A stretch of 64,000 nt of DNA, from the NCBI GenBank assembly GCA_965203315.1, contig CBDBCE010000004.1:64001-128000 (forward strand), written 5' to 3'. Shown here piece by piece: positions 40,446-51,366 of this stretch; the first letter of the stretch is position 1, and each line of letters starts with the position of its first letter. Under the pieces are notes generated by a model, which was not told where the DNA came from, searched no databases, and was given only the letters and a program-made list of their open reading frames with translations. Position numbers and translations under genes: made by a program. This DNA is from Nitrosopumilus sp. Its GTDB lineage: Archaea; Thermoproteota; Nitrososphaeria; Nitrososphaerales; Nitrosopumilaceae.

Positions 40446-40469
40446 CAGATAAGACTATTCATCATTAAA

Positions 40470-40757
40470 CTATTTCTTTCTCTTGATCTGAATTAGATCA
40501 GGTCCCTTGTCTCTCTCATTGCCCTTTGTCTGCCATCGCAGTAATACCTCACGAAATGCAGCAGCGTCTGCCTCGTTTTCTGTGTACATTAGTGTAGTTA
40601 CCCAAAACCCTTTCTTTGCGGTTCTTCCGCCAACAGAGTTCATCCAAAAGTCATCTGGAAGTCCTTGTAAGACTCTACTCTTGGGATCTTTGGTCTCATC
40701 TATCCATCGTTGACCAACAAAGTTGAGTATCTGCTCCATCTCTTCCCTCTGAATCAT
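40470..40757 (-). CDS. Hypothetical protein
   Basis: 95-aa ORF collinear with thyX. Confidence 0.65.
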   Translation of the reverse strand: MIQREEMEQILNFVGQRWIDETKDPKSRVLQGLPDDFWMNSVGGRTAKKGFWVTTLMYTENEADAAAFREVLLRWQTKGNERDKGPDLIQIKRKK

Positions 40758-40886
40758 AGATGTGATGTAGAACGTCTCTAAATTTTAAAATTTCTACTCG
40801 TTATCATGGTGGTAAAAATTATCTTACCAAAACCAGAAACATTTCTTACTTTATCTTGGTTATATGGGAGCTCGAGAGTATGATAC

Positions 40887-41705
40887 ATGACCAAAGACGA
40901 TATCGATGTAATCGGTAAAAAAGTCAAAGACATGTATGGAACATTCATGGGCAAGGTTGCAGGAACGATAACGGACATTGATGGCAGCATTCAAACTGTC
41001 GGAATCGATACAGGTTCTATGGGATTACAGCAGATCCCATTTGAGCAACTCGTAGTACAACAAGAAGTCGTTATCTTTATTCCAAAGTGGAGACTCGATT
41101 CACAACGACTCATCCACGAGAAACAACTAACACTGCGTCGTCTCAAAGCATTGCTAGAGATTGTCTCTGAGAACGATGACATAAAGTCAGACGCAGAGAT
41201 CATCCATGAAAAGTACAGATCCAAACTTGCTACTTTGAATGAGACCGAGAGATCGATCAAAGATAAACTCGATGTGAGACTAGCCGAGTTAGACGAACAG
41301 ATAAAGTCTGCAAAGATGTTGGTCTTTGACGCACGAGTTCAGTTCAAGAGCAACGAGATCTCTGATACTGTATTTGAGACTGTGAGTTCTTGTACAAACG
41401 AGATCATCGAACACATAGATCACGAGATTGCTGAGATCAAAAACGTGAAACAGAGGATTGCAGATCTCGAACTCGAGGCACAAGAATTGACACCTAGTGT
41501 AGAATCTACACAACACATCGAAACAGATCCACGACAAACTGTACTTCCAGAAGCACCCACTGAGGCAGAGACACTCGCAATGAGTGAATCAAAGATACCT
41601 GAGCCACCTACAGAATATGCTATACCGTTTCCTGAACCACCAAAACAGGAAGTAGCAAAGAATGATGGCAGCAGTGATTGGCTTAAAAGAATGGAAGCAC
41701 AATAA
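40887..41705 (+). CDS. cdvA: Cell division protein CdvA-like
   Basis: PRC-barrel N-terminus (IGKKVKDMYG..G), IPKWR, coiled coil. Confidence 0.88.
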   Translation: MTKDDIDVIGKKVKDMYGTFMGKVAGTITDIDGSIQTVGIDTGSMGLQQIPFEQLVVQQEVVIFIPKWRLDSQRLIHEKQLTLRRLKALLEIVSENDDIKSDAEIIHEKYRSKLATLNETERSIKDKLDVRLAELDEQIKSAKMLVFDARVQFKSNEISDTVFETVSSCTNEIIEHIDHEIAEIKNVKQRIADLELEAQELTPSVESTQHIETDPRQTVLPEAPTEAETLAMSESKIPEPPTEYAIPFPEPPKQEVAKNDGSSDWLKRMEAQ

Positions 41706-41749
41706 TCTTTTTTTTAACATTTAGATAGTATTGTTGAACATTCTTCCTA

Positions 41750-43660
41750 ATGTCTGATGGTTATCTAATTGGATTAGGAAACAACGATACAGATACACGC
41801 AGACGGGCAGATAAAGATTACATATCTTTTTGGAATAGAGAGGCAAAAGGGATTCGATGGTTTAAAGATTGGGACAAGACACTTGATTGGCAACTTCCAT
41901 TTGCAAGATGGTTTGTTGGCGGAACCACAAATGCAGCATACAACACACTTGATATTCATCAGAGTACAATACCTGACAAACCCGCTATCATATGGGAGAC
42001 CGAAGGTGGACAGTCTCGCATACTATTGTATTCTGAGTTGTTTACACGGGTCAAACGATTTGCAAATGTGCTTAAATCATTGGGAGTGACTAGAGGAGAT
42101 CGTGTAACGATCTATATGCCGATGGTACCAGAGCTTGCAATTGCAATGTTGGCATGTGCAAGAATAGGTGCAGTTCATACGGTCATATTCTCTGGATTTA
42201 GTGCTACATCTATAAGAGATAGAGTTCATGACTCTGGTTCTGAGATCATCATCACATCTGACGGTGGATACCGCAGAGGCAAGATAGTAAATCTCAAAGA
42301 TACAGTTGATACGGCGATCAAAGACTTGGACTCGGTTAGATGTGTAGTGGTACTAGAGTATACTGGAACGCCAATTACCATGACTCTGCGAGATAAACTC
42401 TGGTCAGAACTAGAGTCTGACGTGTCGGATATCTGCCCTGCTGAAGAACTAGATAGCAACCATCCATTGTTCTTGTTGTATACATCAGGAACTACAGGCA
42501 AACCAAAAGGTGTACTACACGGAACTGGAGGATATCTTGTACATCTATGCTCTACAATGCATTGGACATTTGATATCCAAGACTCTGATATCTTTTTCTG
42601 TACAGCTGATCTTGGATGGGTTGCAGGGCACAGCTATATACTTTATGCTCCGTTATTATGTGGCGGAACCACACTGATGTATGAAGGTGCACCCGACTTT
42701 CCAGACGAGAAGAGAATTTGGGAGATACTAGAGAGACACAGAGTTACAATCTTTTACACTACGCCAACAACACTACGAATGTTTATGAAGTTTGGTGATG
42801 ATATCCCGAGATCCTTTAATCTCGACTCGTTGCGTCTACTAGGAACAGTTGGTGAACACATCAATCCTGAGGTCTGGAGATGGTACTATGATGTTGTGGG
42901 TAAAAATCGATGTCCTATAGTCGATACATGGTGGCAGACAGAAACAGGTGGTATAATTATATCACCACTACCGGGTCTGGAGACAATTCCACTAAAGCCT
43001 GGATCTGGTACATTGCCGATTCCTGGCATAGATGTCGATATAGTCGATGATGACGGAAGACAAGTTCCTCCTAACACAAAAGGCTCACTAGTTATAAAAA
43101 ATCCATGGCCAGGCATGCTCTTGACACTATGGAATGATGACCAAAAGTATCGCGATGTATACTGGACTAAATATGAAGACTGTTACTATCCTGGTGACTA
43201 TGCACTACGGGACGATGATGGATACTTGTGGTTGCTTGGACGCTCAGATGACGTGCTCAAAGTTGCAGGTCACCGTATAGGTACAGCAGAGATTGAAAGT
43301 TGTCTGGTGTCCAATGATGCTGTTGCAGAAGCAGCAGTATGTGGTATATCTGATGAGATCAAAGGTGAAGCAATAATTGCATTTGTGGTCCTAAAACATG
43401 GTATATCTAAAACTACTGCACTAGAGTCAGAACTAGCTACAGATGTTCGTACCGCTGTAGGTGCGATTGCAACTCTAAAACAGATCTACTTTGTAGACAC
43501 TCTTCCAAAGACGCGTAGTGGAAAGATCATGAGAAGACTACTAAAAGCAATTGCTAGTGGTGAAACGATTGGTGATACAAGTACACTTGAGGATGGTATG
43601 GCAATAGATGAGGTCCAAAAGGTCTTTGATAATATGAAACAATCACTTGGACAATGCTGA
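41750..43660 (+). CDS. acs: AMP-forming acetyl-CoA synthetase
   Basis: YTSGTTGKPKG, DTWWQTETG, GRSDD, PKTRSGKIMRR. Confidence 0.94.
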   Translation: MSDGYLIGLGNNDTDTRRRADKDYISFWNREAKGIRWFKDWDKTLDWQLPFARWFVGGTTNAAYNTLDIHQSTIPDKPAIIWETEGGQSRILLYSELFTRVKRFANVLKSLGVTRGDRVTIYMPMVPELAIAMLACARIGAVHTVIFSGFSATSIRDRVHDSGSEIIITSDGGYRRGKIVNLKDTVDTAIKDLDSVRCVVVLEYTGTPITMTLRDKLWSELESDVSDICPAEELDSNHPLFLLYTSGTTGKPKGVLHGTGGYLVHLCSTMHWTFDIQDSDIFFCTADLGWVAGHSYILYAPLLCGGTTLMYEGAPDFPDEKRIWEILERHRVTIFYTTPTTLRMFMKFGDDIPRSFNLDSLRLLGTVGEHINPEVWRWYYDVVGKNRCPIVDTWWQTETGGIIISPLPGLETIPLKPGSGTLPIPGIDVDIVDDDGRQVPPNTKGSLVIKNPWPGMLLTLWNDDQKYRDVYWTKYEDCYYPGDYALRDDDGYLWLLGRSDDVLKVAGHRIGTAEIESCLVSNDAVAEAAVCGISDEIKGEAIIAFVVLKHGISKTTALESELATDVRTAVGAIATLKQIYFVDTLPKTRSGKIMRRLLKAIASGETIGDTSTLEDGMAIDEVQKVFDNMKQSLGQC

Positions 43661-44188
43661 ATCTCTTATCTTTCGGAGATCAACTCCACACAATACATCG
43701 AACATCTTTTGTAGGCCGTTATACTCTGATCTAGACTCTTCATCTAAATCTGCATACTCGACATCTCGTACGTGTTCTAACTCTTTACTAGACTTGTTAA
43801 AGAATATCTCATATTTTGTAATCTCGTCATCGGACATTGCTTGTAGATCAAAGATTATTGTATTACTGCCAAGCAAATCCCCGCCTTCGTCATACAAACT
43901 AGTCGCTTCAAGTAAACCTGGAAATGTTGTTCCGTCAGATCGTTGAAATGTTATTCTACGATCTATAACCTTGCCTGTCTCAAACCATGCTTGTAGAGAT
44001 CTGTTCATGGATTCCCATGACTCTTTTGGAACGTGTTCGAATATGGTTCTTCCGAGAATCTCCGATTTGGCATATTTGAGGTGTGCCGCATACGTCGAGT
44101 TACAGTCCAAAATTATTCCAATAGAGTTTATTCTTCGCCACATCACTGGCGCATCTTTTAATGTTCTTCTAGCTCTGGTCTGAACCAT
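43643..44188 (-). CDS. Stand-alone PAS domain protein
   Basis: GIILDCN..Y.KSEILGR..; RSDGTTFP PAC-like motif. Confidence 0.85.
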   Translation of the reverse strand: MVQTRARRTLKDAPVMWRRINSIGIILDCNSTYAAHLKYAKSEILGRTIFEHVPKESWESMNRSLQAWFETGKVIDRRITFQRSDGTTFPGLLEATSLYDEGGDLLGSNTIIFDLQAMSDDEITKYEIFFNKSSKELEHVRDVEYADLDEESRSEYNGLQKMFDVLCGVDLRKIRDSALSK

Positions 44189-44237
44189 TACTTGGCGAAT
44201 GCCGTCTAGATATATTTAGATACAGTTTACATGTCAA

Positions 44238-44372
44238 CTAGTGTTTGTCGCCTATTGGGTGTGGTTTTGTGTTCTCGTCGTGGCAATCACATGAGCATAG
44301 GTATGTCTTGTGATTGTTCAAACAATCGATACACTCGTAGTGTCTTCTAGACTCACACGCTGCACAGATCAT
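44238..44372 (-). CDS. 44-aa Cys/His-rich micro-protein (putative metal-binding)
   Basis: MICAACESRRHYECIDCLNNHKTYLCSCDCHDENTKPHPIGDKH; TATA TTTAAAAA about 27 nt upstream. Confidence 0.65.
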   Translation of the reverse strand: MICAACESRRHYECIDCLNNHKTYLCSCDCHDENTKPHPIGDKH

Positions 44373-44500
44373 CGTATCTGTGTTGATCTTTTGTTATTTT
44401 TAAAAATTATGATAGATTTTCTACCGACATGATGCCAAGTTTGACTCTGATGCACCTTTGCTATCTTGTAATTACTCTTGATGAGTAGTGTTATCTTGCC

Positions 44501-44620
44501 GGATCTCTTCGATTTATGTGAAATGACGTTTCACAAGGCTTTTTTTACATAATTTTTCTCTATAGGCTAGTGCAGTGCTTTTTCTATACCCGTTCTCTCT
44601 CATGTACACCGAAAAGATCC
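44501..44620. mobile_element. MITE family A, copy 3
   Basis: GGATCTCTTCGATTTATGTG ... CCGAAAAGATCC. Confidence 0.85.
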
Positions 44621-45344
44621 TTATGACGATCTAACATCCTACGATTTGTGCATATTCATCGACTCAATGTATACTCTAACGCAATAGATGCAGGGAGGGC
44701 GACGATTCCAATCACAAAAATCCTATGGATATCTTTAACTGCTTTGACTTGGAATCAATCTTTGACTCTAGACTATATGCGTATTATTAAGAGTGCTCAT
44801 GTCCGACCATCAAACATGACCACAACGAATCAATTTGCCTCTAGAAATCACATGTGTGTTTGATTGTGTCTCAAAATATGCACAAGACATAAGAAATACG
44901 CATACAGTCTTCTGCATCCTTCAAACAGTTGATGTACTCGTCATATAAAAATTCATAATAGTTGTCAGGCATCTCTAACCATCCCTGAAATTCTGTCTCT
45001 TTTTTTATTTCAGCTAGTTTTTCGCCCAAGAAAGGAACTCTGTGATTCAGGACTGTTTAATCTTATGCATGACAAAATAGTTGTTAATAGTAATACGGTA
45101 CTGACTAAAATGCCTACATGCCAGTATGTGAAAACACCCTCTTGGTCTAGTGTCGGTATGGAGAATCGAAGAAATATGGCAAGATAATTCCGGCAATTGT
45201 CATCACATTTGTTGCTTTTTTGTCAAATATTCGGATGATATGTTGTGTCGATCAAGCTGTAGTCTTAACTCCTCTAGAAATGTCTTGCCCATAGAACTAG
45301 GAGCAAGTACAAACATTGATAAGTTTAGTAATGAATATAGTATT

Positions 45345-45452
45345 ATGGGTAAAGTAGATTTGTCTAAAATCAAACCAACAAGTGTTGGTGGTTACTTGAA
45401 GAAATCACTTAATAAAAAAGAGGAATCAGAGAAGACTGATAAAGACAACTAG
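45345..45452 (+). CDS. Possible 35-aa Lys-rich micro-protein
   Basis: MGKVDLSKIKPTSVGGYLKKSLNKKEESEKTDKDN; protein-like 3' end of ORF 45150-45452. Confidence 0.3.
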   Translation: MGKVDLSKIKPTSVGGYLKKSLNKKEESEKTDKDN

Positions 45453-45496
45453 ATACCAAATTTCCTAGTATCGCATACTGATAACGAGTTACATGA

Positions 45497-45674
45497 GGTT
45501 CTGTTCAATTGACGGGTGTTGCCATTTTTTGCACAAAATTCTTGAAAAATTTTGCAAAATATAGAAACGACATCATGTCGGCTATCGTAAATTGCTACTG
45601 TTTTGAGTCTCATATTGGGCGTTCTTTAAGATAACGTCATCATCCTCTCAACCCCCCGTCAATTGAACAGAACC
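45497..45674. mobile_element. MITE family B, copy 2 (inverted relative to copy 1)
   Basis: Perfect 20-bp TIR GGTTCTGTTCAATTGACGGG / CCCGTCAATTGAACAGAACC. Confidence 0.9.
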
Positions 45675-45702
45675 CAATAAAGTTTCTGAGATTATCCTCT
45701 AT

Positions 45703-45821
45703 TGATCCTTTTCGGTTTGATATTGTCCTAGCGGTTAAATTTTACTAACACTTGCGATGCCGTTATGGAATCTTGTAGTGCTTTTTGTAACCATTCTATT
45801 CCATGTAGATCGAAGAGATCC
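45703..45821. mobile_element. MITE family A, copy 4 (left interior divergent)
   Basis: GATCCTTTTCGG ... GAATCTTGTAGTGCTTTT ... ATCGAAGAGATCC. Confidence 0.7.
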
Positions 45822-45864
45822 TTTGACGATCATACAACTAAAGATACTAAACTAAACATGTACA

Positions 45865-46095
45865 ATGATCAATATGGATAGAGAACGTACTGCCGATTAT
45901 CAAACAACCAGAGGGATCTTGGATATACTTGATCATGATGTAGATGATATTATGGCCAAAAAATTAGCAGAAGAGATATTGGAAAAACCACCAAATCAAG
46001 GGTACTTGACAATATCAAGCGCATTGCAGTGGAGACTTCAATATGGTAGAATCATTAACAATACAGATACAATCTCTGGAATTTGGAGGTACTAG
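45865..46095 (+). pseudogene. C-terminal remnant of a type II restriction endonuclease
   Basis: RTADYQTT..GYLTISSALQWRLQY recalled as the C-terminus of REases paired with this MTase type; overlaps the MTase start; MITEs lie where the 5' part should be. Confidence 0.6.
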
Positions 46096-47588
46096 AGATC
46101 GTGAAGAACATAAAAAGATGGCAGTTTGGTGACTATCAAACCCCACGAGATCTGGCAGATGAATCTCTAAAATATCTTAAAGGTGTTATTGATATTCATC
46201 CTAAAAGCATAGTTGAACCAACATGTGGTGTTGGAAATTTCTTACTATCGGCGGCGGATAATTTTACAACTGTGGACAAACTTCTCGGTCTTGATATTAA
46301 CAATGAGTACTTGACAAAACTATACACAATAGTTCATAGTAGATCTGATTCGGACAAGTTTATTCTACAAAATAGAGACTTTTTCAAGGTTGACTGGGAC
46401 GTACTGCTCTGTTCACTACCTAAACCAATTCTCTTGGTTGGAAATCCTCCATGGGTTACCAACTCTGACCTTGGTAAGGTTGGTGGATTTAATCTTCCCA
46501 CTAAATCAAATTTTCAAAAATATGATGGCATAGATGCGATTACTGGAAGATCAAACTTTGATATTTCTGAATATATGTTGATGAGACAGTTAGGATGGGT
46601 CACTAGATATGCAATCTGTATCACTGTCTTGTGTAAAATATCTGTAGCTAGAAAGATTCTGTACAATGCATGGCGATCTAAAATTCCAATAAAATGCAGA
46701 ATAGTTCATATCGATGCTATGAAACATTTTAGAGCAGCTGTAGATGCATGTCTGTTTATTATTCAACCTATGTCATGTGTGGATAAGCAGATATGTAATG
46801 TGTTTGCTAATTTTACAGACAAGGCGTCAATCCAAACTATTGGACTATACAATGATATCTTGTTATCAGACGCATCTGGTTTTCACGAAAATAGAGATAT
46901 CTTAGGCGTGGATCCAAACTTTGTTTGGAGATCAGGAATAAAACATGATTGTTCTAAAGTAATGGAACTGACTATAAACGATGGAGTGTTGTTCAATGGT
47001 TTTGGCGATACCGTAGATATTGAAAGAGATCTCTTGTTCCCACTTTTAAAAGGAAGCGACATAGGAAATGGTCGTACCATAAATACCGACAAAGTAGTAA
47101 TTGTACCGCAACGTCGAGTAGGTCAAGATACTAACCACATTCAACGTACATATCCCAAGACGTGGGAGTATCTTGTGAAGCATTTGAAATATTTTGAGAG
47201 TAGAGGTAGTAGTATTTATCGAAATAAACCACCCTTTTCAATATTTGGAGTTGGTGATTATACGTTTTCTAATTGGAAGGTTGCAATATCTGGATTTTAC
47301 AAGAAATTGAACTTTCGTATAGTTGGGCCAATCGATCATAGCCCTGTTGTCTTTGACGATACTGTCTACTTTCTTAGTCTGAATACAGAGCTCGATGCAG
47401 AGTCTATATCTGCACTACTCAACTCGACTACATCCAAAGCTTTTCTCGAATCAATGATACTGTGGTCGAACAAACGACCAATCACTAGAGATCTGTTAAA
47501 GCGTGTACACATAGGCAAGCTTGCTACAAAACTTGGTTACTCGATCCATACATCGCACGAAAACAAACTTGTTGCAGAGATCAAATGA
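46083..47588 (+). CDS. Gamma-class N6-adenine DNA methyltransferase
   Basis: FGDYQTP, EPTCGVGNF (motif I), GNPPW (motif IV), C-terminal TRD. Confidence 0.9.
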   Translation: MEVLEIVKNIKRWQFGDYQTPRDLADESLKYLKGVIDIHPKSIVEPTCGVGNFLLSAADNFTTVDKLLGLDINNEYLTKLYTIVHSRSDSDKFILQNRDFFKVDWDVLLCSLPKPILLVGNPPWVTNSDLGKVGGFNLPTKSNFQKYDGIDAITGRSNFDISEYMLMRQLGWVTRYAICITVLCKISVARKILYNAWRSKIPIKCRIVHIDAMKHFRAAVDACLFIIQPMSCVDKQICNVFANFTDKASIQTIGLYNDILLSDASGFHENRDILGVDPNFVWRSGIKHDCSKVMELTINDGVLFNGFGDTVDIERDLLFPLLKGSDIGNGRTINTDKVVIVPQRRVGQDTNHIQRTYPKTWEYLVKHLKYFESRGSSIYRNKPPFSIFGVGDYTFSNWKVAISGFYKKLNFRIVGPIDHSPVVFDDTVYFLSLNTELDAESISALLNSTTSKAFLESMILWSNKRPITRDLLKRVHIGKLATKLGYSIHTSHENKLVAEIK

Positions 47589-47851
47589 TCACAGTTTAAC
47601 AACAAATGATCTCTTTTGTCTATTCTGTATCTGCAGATTAAGACGTTTCTTGATTAGCAGATCACTACCTTCCTAGATTAGAGTCGTAAAAAATATTCAG
47701 TATTGTAAGAAATTATGAAATAGTGAAGTTATTTCTGCACATGACCTAGTCTTTATTGGGAAAATCTGATGAGGCGATATTTTGAGATGATCATTGTCAT
47801 TGCATTACATTTGAAATTATTAAAGTTTTAATCATTACTAAATGGTAAACA

Positions 47852-48913
47852 TCACAAATCAAGTGAATCTAAAATATCGTGTATGTTATTTGGACCGACT
47901 TTTACAGACACCGTCTTTTTAGTTTCGAGTATATCTGCTATATTCTCTGATGATGTAGTGCTGCGTTTGGTTGTGGTCTTGATAACTCGATCAATATTGG
48001 CACCGATCTGTGTAGCATCCGCAGATAGATCACTCTCTGCTCCTGAAAGAGGTAACGCAAGGGTCTTTTTTGCAGATAAAACACATTTTATCGCATCATC
48101 GATATCTGTGTGTTGATGTAGTAGAGGTGACAATGCGAGAGATACTCGTTCTGATTCTTGTGATAGCAGCGTCATTAGGATCAGATTATAGTTACGGTTA
48201 TCCATACAAAAGAAGTTGAGATCAATAGAATCTTGAATCATTCTGGGAATTATTCTGTTTATCATCTTTACCAGAGTCATCAATTCAGATTTGAGTCGAT
48301 AACAGATTATTATCTCTGTGTTGTATCCTTGTCTTATTGTTTCATAACATGCTATTGCAGATAGATCATCATATACCGCACAAACAGTATCTCTTTTATC
48401 TCCAAACGGAACACCTCCGTTTCCATCATCTATATAGATACAGACATATGCACTAGTCTTTGTCAAGTATGTGTATAGTCGCTTGTCATGATCATGAATA
48501 GTTCCTGGTCGAGCTCCGAGATTTGATCTCTTTTCAATAATACTAGATGTTGCCGCCATCTCTACATCTTTTGTCAGGAATCCTTTAGATACTCCTTCTA
48601 CTTGTACAACAAATCTTTCGCCACGTAACAACAAGTTACCGCCTAACGATGTTATTGTAGATACTATGTCGTCAAAGTTGTTGTTGGTCTTTCTTGTAAT
48701 GGCAATCTTTTGTATGCCAAACAAGAGGTTTATGGCAGACGACGCAAAGACGGGATCATTTGCGCGAACAATAATTATGTCTCCATCACGCTTTACTGTC
48801 TGAAACTTTTGATTCTTTAGTTTAAGGATCTCTTTAATGTTTGATATGAGAAGTGGAATCTTTTTCTTTGCAAACATGGTTGGAAATACTACCACATATG
48901 ATGTTTCATCCAT
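47852..48913 (-). CDS. THUMP-domain ThiI-like protein
   Basis: N-terminal ferredoxin-like plus THUMP region (LFGIQKI, GNGGVPFG); PP-loop degenerate. Confidence 0.72.
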   Translation of the reverse strand: MDETSYVVVFPTMFAKKKIPLLISNIKEILKLKNQKFQTVKRDGDIIIVRANDPVFASSAINLLFGIQKIAITRKTNNNFDDIVSTITSLGGNLLLRGERFVVQVEGVSKGFLTKDVEMAATSSIIEKRSNLGARPGTIHDHDKRLYTYLTKTSAYVCIYIDDGNGGVPFGDKRDTVCAVYDDLSAIACYETIRQGYNTEIIICYRLKSELMTLVKMINRIIPRMIQDSIDLNFFCMDNRNYNLILMTLLSQESERVSLALSPLLHQHTDIDDAIKCVLSAKKTLALPLSGAESDLSADATQIGANIDRVIKTTTKRSTTSSENIADILETKKTVSVKVGPNNIHDILDSLDL

Positions 48914-49162
48914 GATACGTATAGTAAATCCCCGTTTATAACTCAGAATGGATATGTAATGTCTTGTTCACACCAGATCCATGTTTTATGTGATTTAGAA
49001 CGTAATCTATCATCTCCTAGTCATCTATGGGTAAGACTATCTCGAGCGACTAGAATCACATACTATGAGATCAAATCGGCTTGGATTATACCTAGATATC
49101 TGTTAGACGATCTTTCTATTGACACTTGTAAAACAGATTTATTCGTCATATGACATGTCTAT

Positions 49163-50029
49163 ATGTTGATTCATGATATTGATCTAGAGACGGTTAAAAA
49201 TTTCATACCGCCACGAAGGCTATCTTCTCGCAAGGGCGAGAACGGTTCAGTCCTAGTTGTTGGTGGTAGTTATATGTATCACGGCGCACCAATACTCTCA
49301 TCGATAGCAGCACTTCGTTGCGGAACAGATCTAGTGTATACTTGTGTTCCAAAGATCAATGTAACACCAACTCGTGCAATGATGCCAGATCTGATAGTGA
49401 TACCTCTAGCTGATCAAAAGCTTACGCGTGGAGCAGTAAACAAACTAGTTGGTGTACTACCTCGTCTGGATTCTGCTACAATAGGGATGGGTCTTGCGGT
49501 ACAGGAACGTACAGCACTATTACGTCTAATAGAGTCACTGCTGAATAGAGATATTCGTATATCTCTAGACGCATCAGCCCTTGTCCCAGAGATTCTTCCT
49601 ATAATTCAAGACAAGGGTGTTGTAGTTACACCACATGCAGGTGAGTTTAGACGACTCTTTGGTAGAGAGATGCCAAAGTCTAGAGACGAACAGATCAAAC
49701 TGGTAGAGAGTTGTGCTGAAAAGTATGGTATAACAATACTGTTCAAATCTAGAACCGATATCATCTCTAATGGTACTATGACATACTTGAATGTAAAAGA
49801 GACACCTGCAATGACTGTTGGTGGTACAGGAGACGTTCTCTCTGGACTGGTCTCTGGAATGTTATCGAAGAACCGAGATGCACTCGAGTCTGCAGTCGCG
49901 GCTGCGTTTGTAAATACTATAGCAGGCAGAGCAGCACAAGATAGGCTGGGTCTTCACATCACATCGTCTGATCTCTTGACCGAGATTCCAAATGCAATGA
50001 AACCATTTGATAGGATGATTTCAGAATGA
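49163..50029 (+). CDS. nnrD: NAD(P)HX dehydratase
   Basis: SRKGENG..GGS..Y.GAP, DASAL, TPHAGEF, GGTGDVLSG. Confidence 0.94.
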   Translation: MLIHDIDLETVKNFIPPRRLSSRKGENGSVLVVGGSYMYHGAPILSSIAALRCGTDLVYTCVPKINVTPTRAMMPDLIVIPLADQKLTRGAVNKLVGVLPRLDSATIGMGLAVQERTALLRLIESLLNRDIRISLDASALVPEILPIIQDKGVVVTPHAGEFRRLFGREMPKSRDEQIKLVESCAEKYGITILFKSRTDIISNGTMTYLNVKETPAMTVGGTGDVLSGLVSGMLSKNRDALESAVAAAFVNTIAGRAAQDRLGLHITSSDLLTEIPNAMKPFDRMISE

Positions 50030-51366
50030 CTCCCTTTCAATACGTCGACAGAAATATGCCTAACATGATATCTGATCTCCAAGAGCTGATACGACAACCT
50101 AGCATCTCTGCGACAGGTGAGGGAATAGAAGAGTGTGCATTGCTTGTAAAAGAGATGCTTGAGAGACATGGTATCTCTACTGAGATACTACGTTTGGGCA
50201 AAGCACCGCCACTCGTGTACGGTCATGTCGAATCGAAACAGAATCCATCCAAGACGATTCTATTTTACAATCACTATGATGTCCAACCTGCTGAACCGCT
50301 TGAACTCTGGCAGCATCCTCCATTCAGTGGAACTAGATGTGGTAACAAGATCTATGGTCGTGGCGCCACTGATGACAAGGGCGAACTTGTAACTAGAATT
50401 AACGCGGTATCTGCTTGGCTCAAGACCACCGGTGATGTACCATGTAACATCAAATTCGTAATAGAGGGAGAAGAAGAGACTGGTAGTGTAAACATTGCCA
50501 AATATCTGAAGAGATATCGTAAGAGATTCTCATGTGGTGGTGTAATCTGGGAGTTTGGATATGTAGACGTAAAGAACCGTCCAATAATTGGTTTGGGCAT
50601 GAAGGGATTACTCTACGTCGAACTAGTGTGTCAGGGCCCAAAACGAGATGTTCACTCTAGCCTAGCTGTTCTAGTAAAGAATCCTGCATGGCGATTGATT
50701 GAAGCATTAAAGACACTCTATAGCTCTAGTGGTAGAATTCTCATCCGAGATTGGTATGCTGATGTTAAACCATTCTCTGCTCTAGAATTAGATCTGATAA
50801 GACGTGAACCATTTGATGCAGAAGCATTTAGTCGAGAGTTTGGTATAGATTCTTTTGTTGGCAACATGCATGGTCTTGCTGCAAAAAAGGCACTAGTTGG
50901 TAACTCTACATGTAATATAGCTGGTCTGATATCTGGATATGCCGGCAAAGGCGCAAAGACTGTCTTACCTTCTATGGCAACTGCCAAGATCGATTTCAGA
51001 TTGGTACCGAACATGGATCCAACAAAGCAGATATCTAGACTACGTTACCATCTCAAATCCAAAGGGTTCAATGATATCAAAGTACGAGTTCTCAATGCCG
51101 AGGCAGCTGCGCGAACCAGTCCTACTCATCCTCTAGTTGGTCATGTCCAGAGAGCTGCTGATTATGCCTTTGGTAGTTCAATAATCAACATATCCAATGC
51201 AGGAACTGGTCCCATGTCTGCATTTGTTGATATATTACAAGTGCCCTGTGTGTCTATCGGTAGCACATACCTGTTTGCGCGAATCCATTCTCCAAACGAG
51301 TTTGCTAGAGTTGATCTACTTAAAAAAACTACAAAGTGTATGTGCAAACTAGTCGAACTAGTGTAG
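50026..51366 (+). CDS. M20 family metallopeptidase/deacylase
   Basis: HYDVQP, GRGATDDKG, EGEEE, HSPNE. Confidence 0.93.
   Translation: MTPFQYVDRNMPNMISDLQELIRQPSISATGEGIEECALLVKEMLERHGISTEILRLGKAPPLVYGHVESKQNPSKTILFYNHYDVQPAEPLELWQHPPFSGTRCGNKIYGRGATDDKGELVTRINAVSAWLKTTGDVPCNIKFVIEGEEETGSVNIAKYLKRYRKRFSCGGVIWEFGYVDVKNRPIIGLGMKGLLYVELVCQGPKRDVHSSLAVLVKNPAWRLIEALKTLYSSSGRILIRDWYADVKPFSALELDLIRREPFDAEAFSREFGIDSFVGNMHGLAAKKALVGNSTCNIAGLISGYAGKGAKTVLPSMATAKIDFRLVPNMDPTKQISRLRYHLKSKGFNDIKVRVLNAEAAARTSPTHPLVGHVQRAADYAFGSSIINISNAGTGPMSAFVDILQVPCVSIGSTYLFARIHSPNEFARVDLLKKTTKCMCKLVELV

Noticed and set aside
44620-45340. Possible decayed gene between MITEs
   Set aside because: Only short fragments with no assignable homology by eye.
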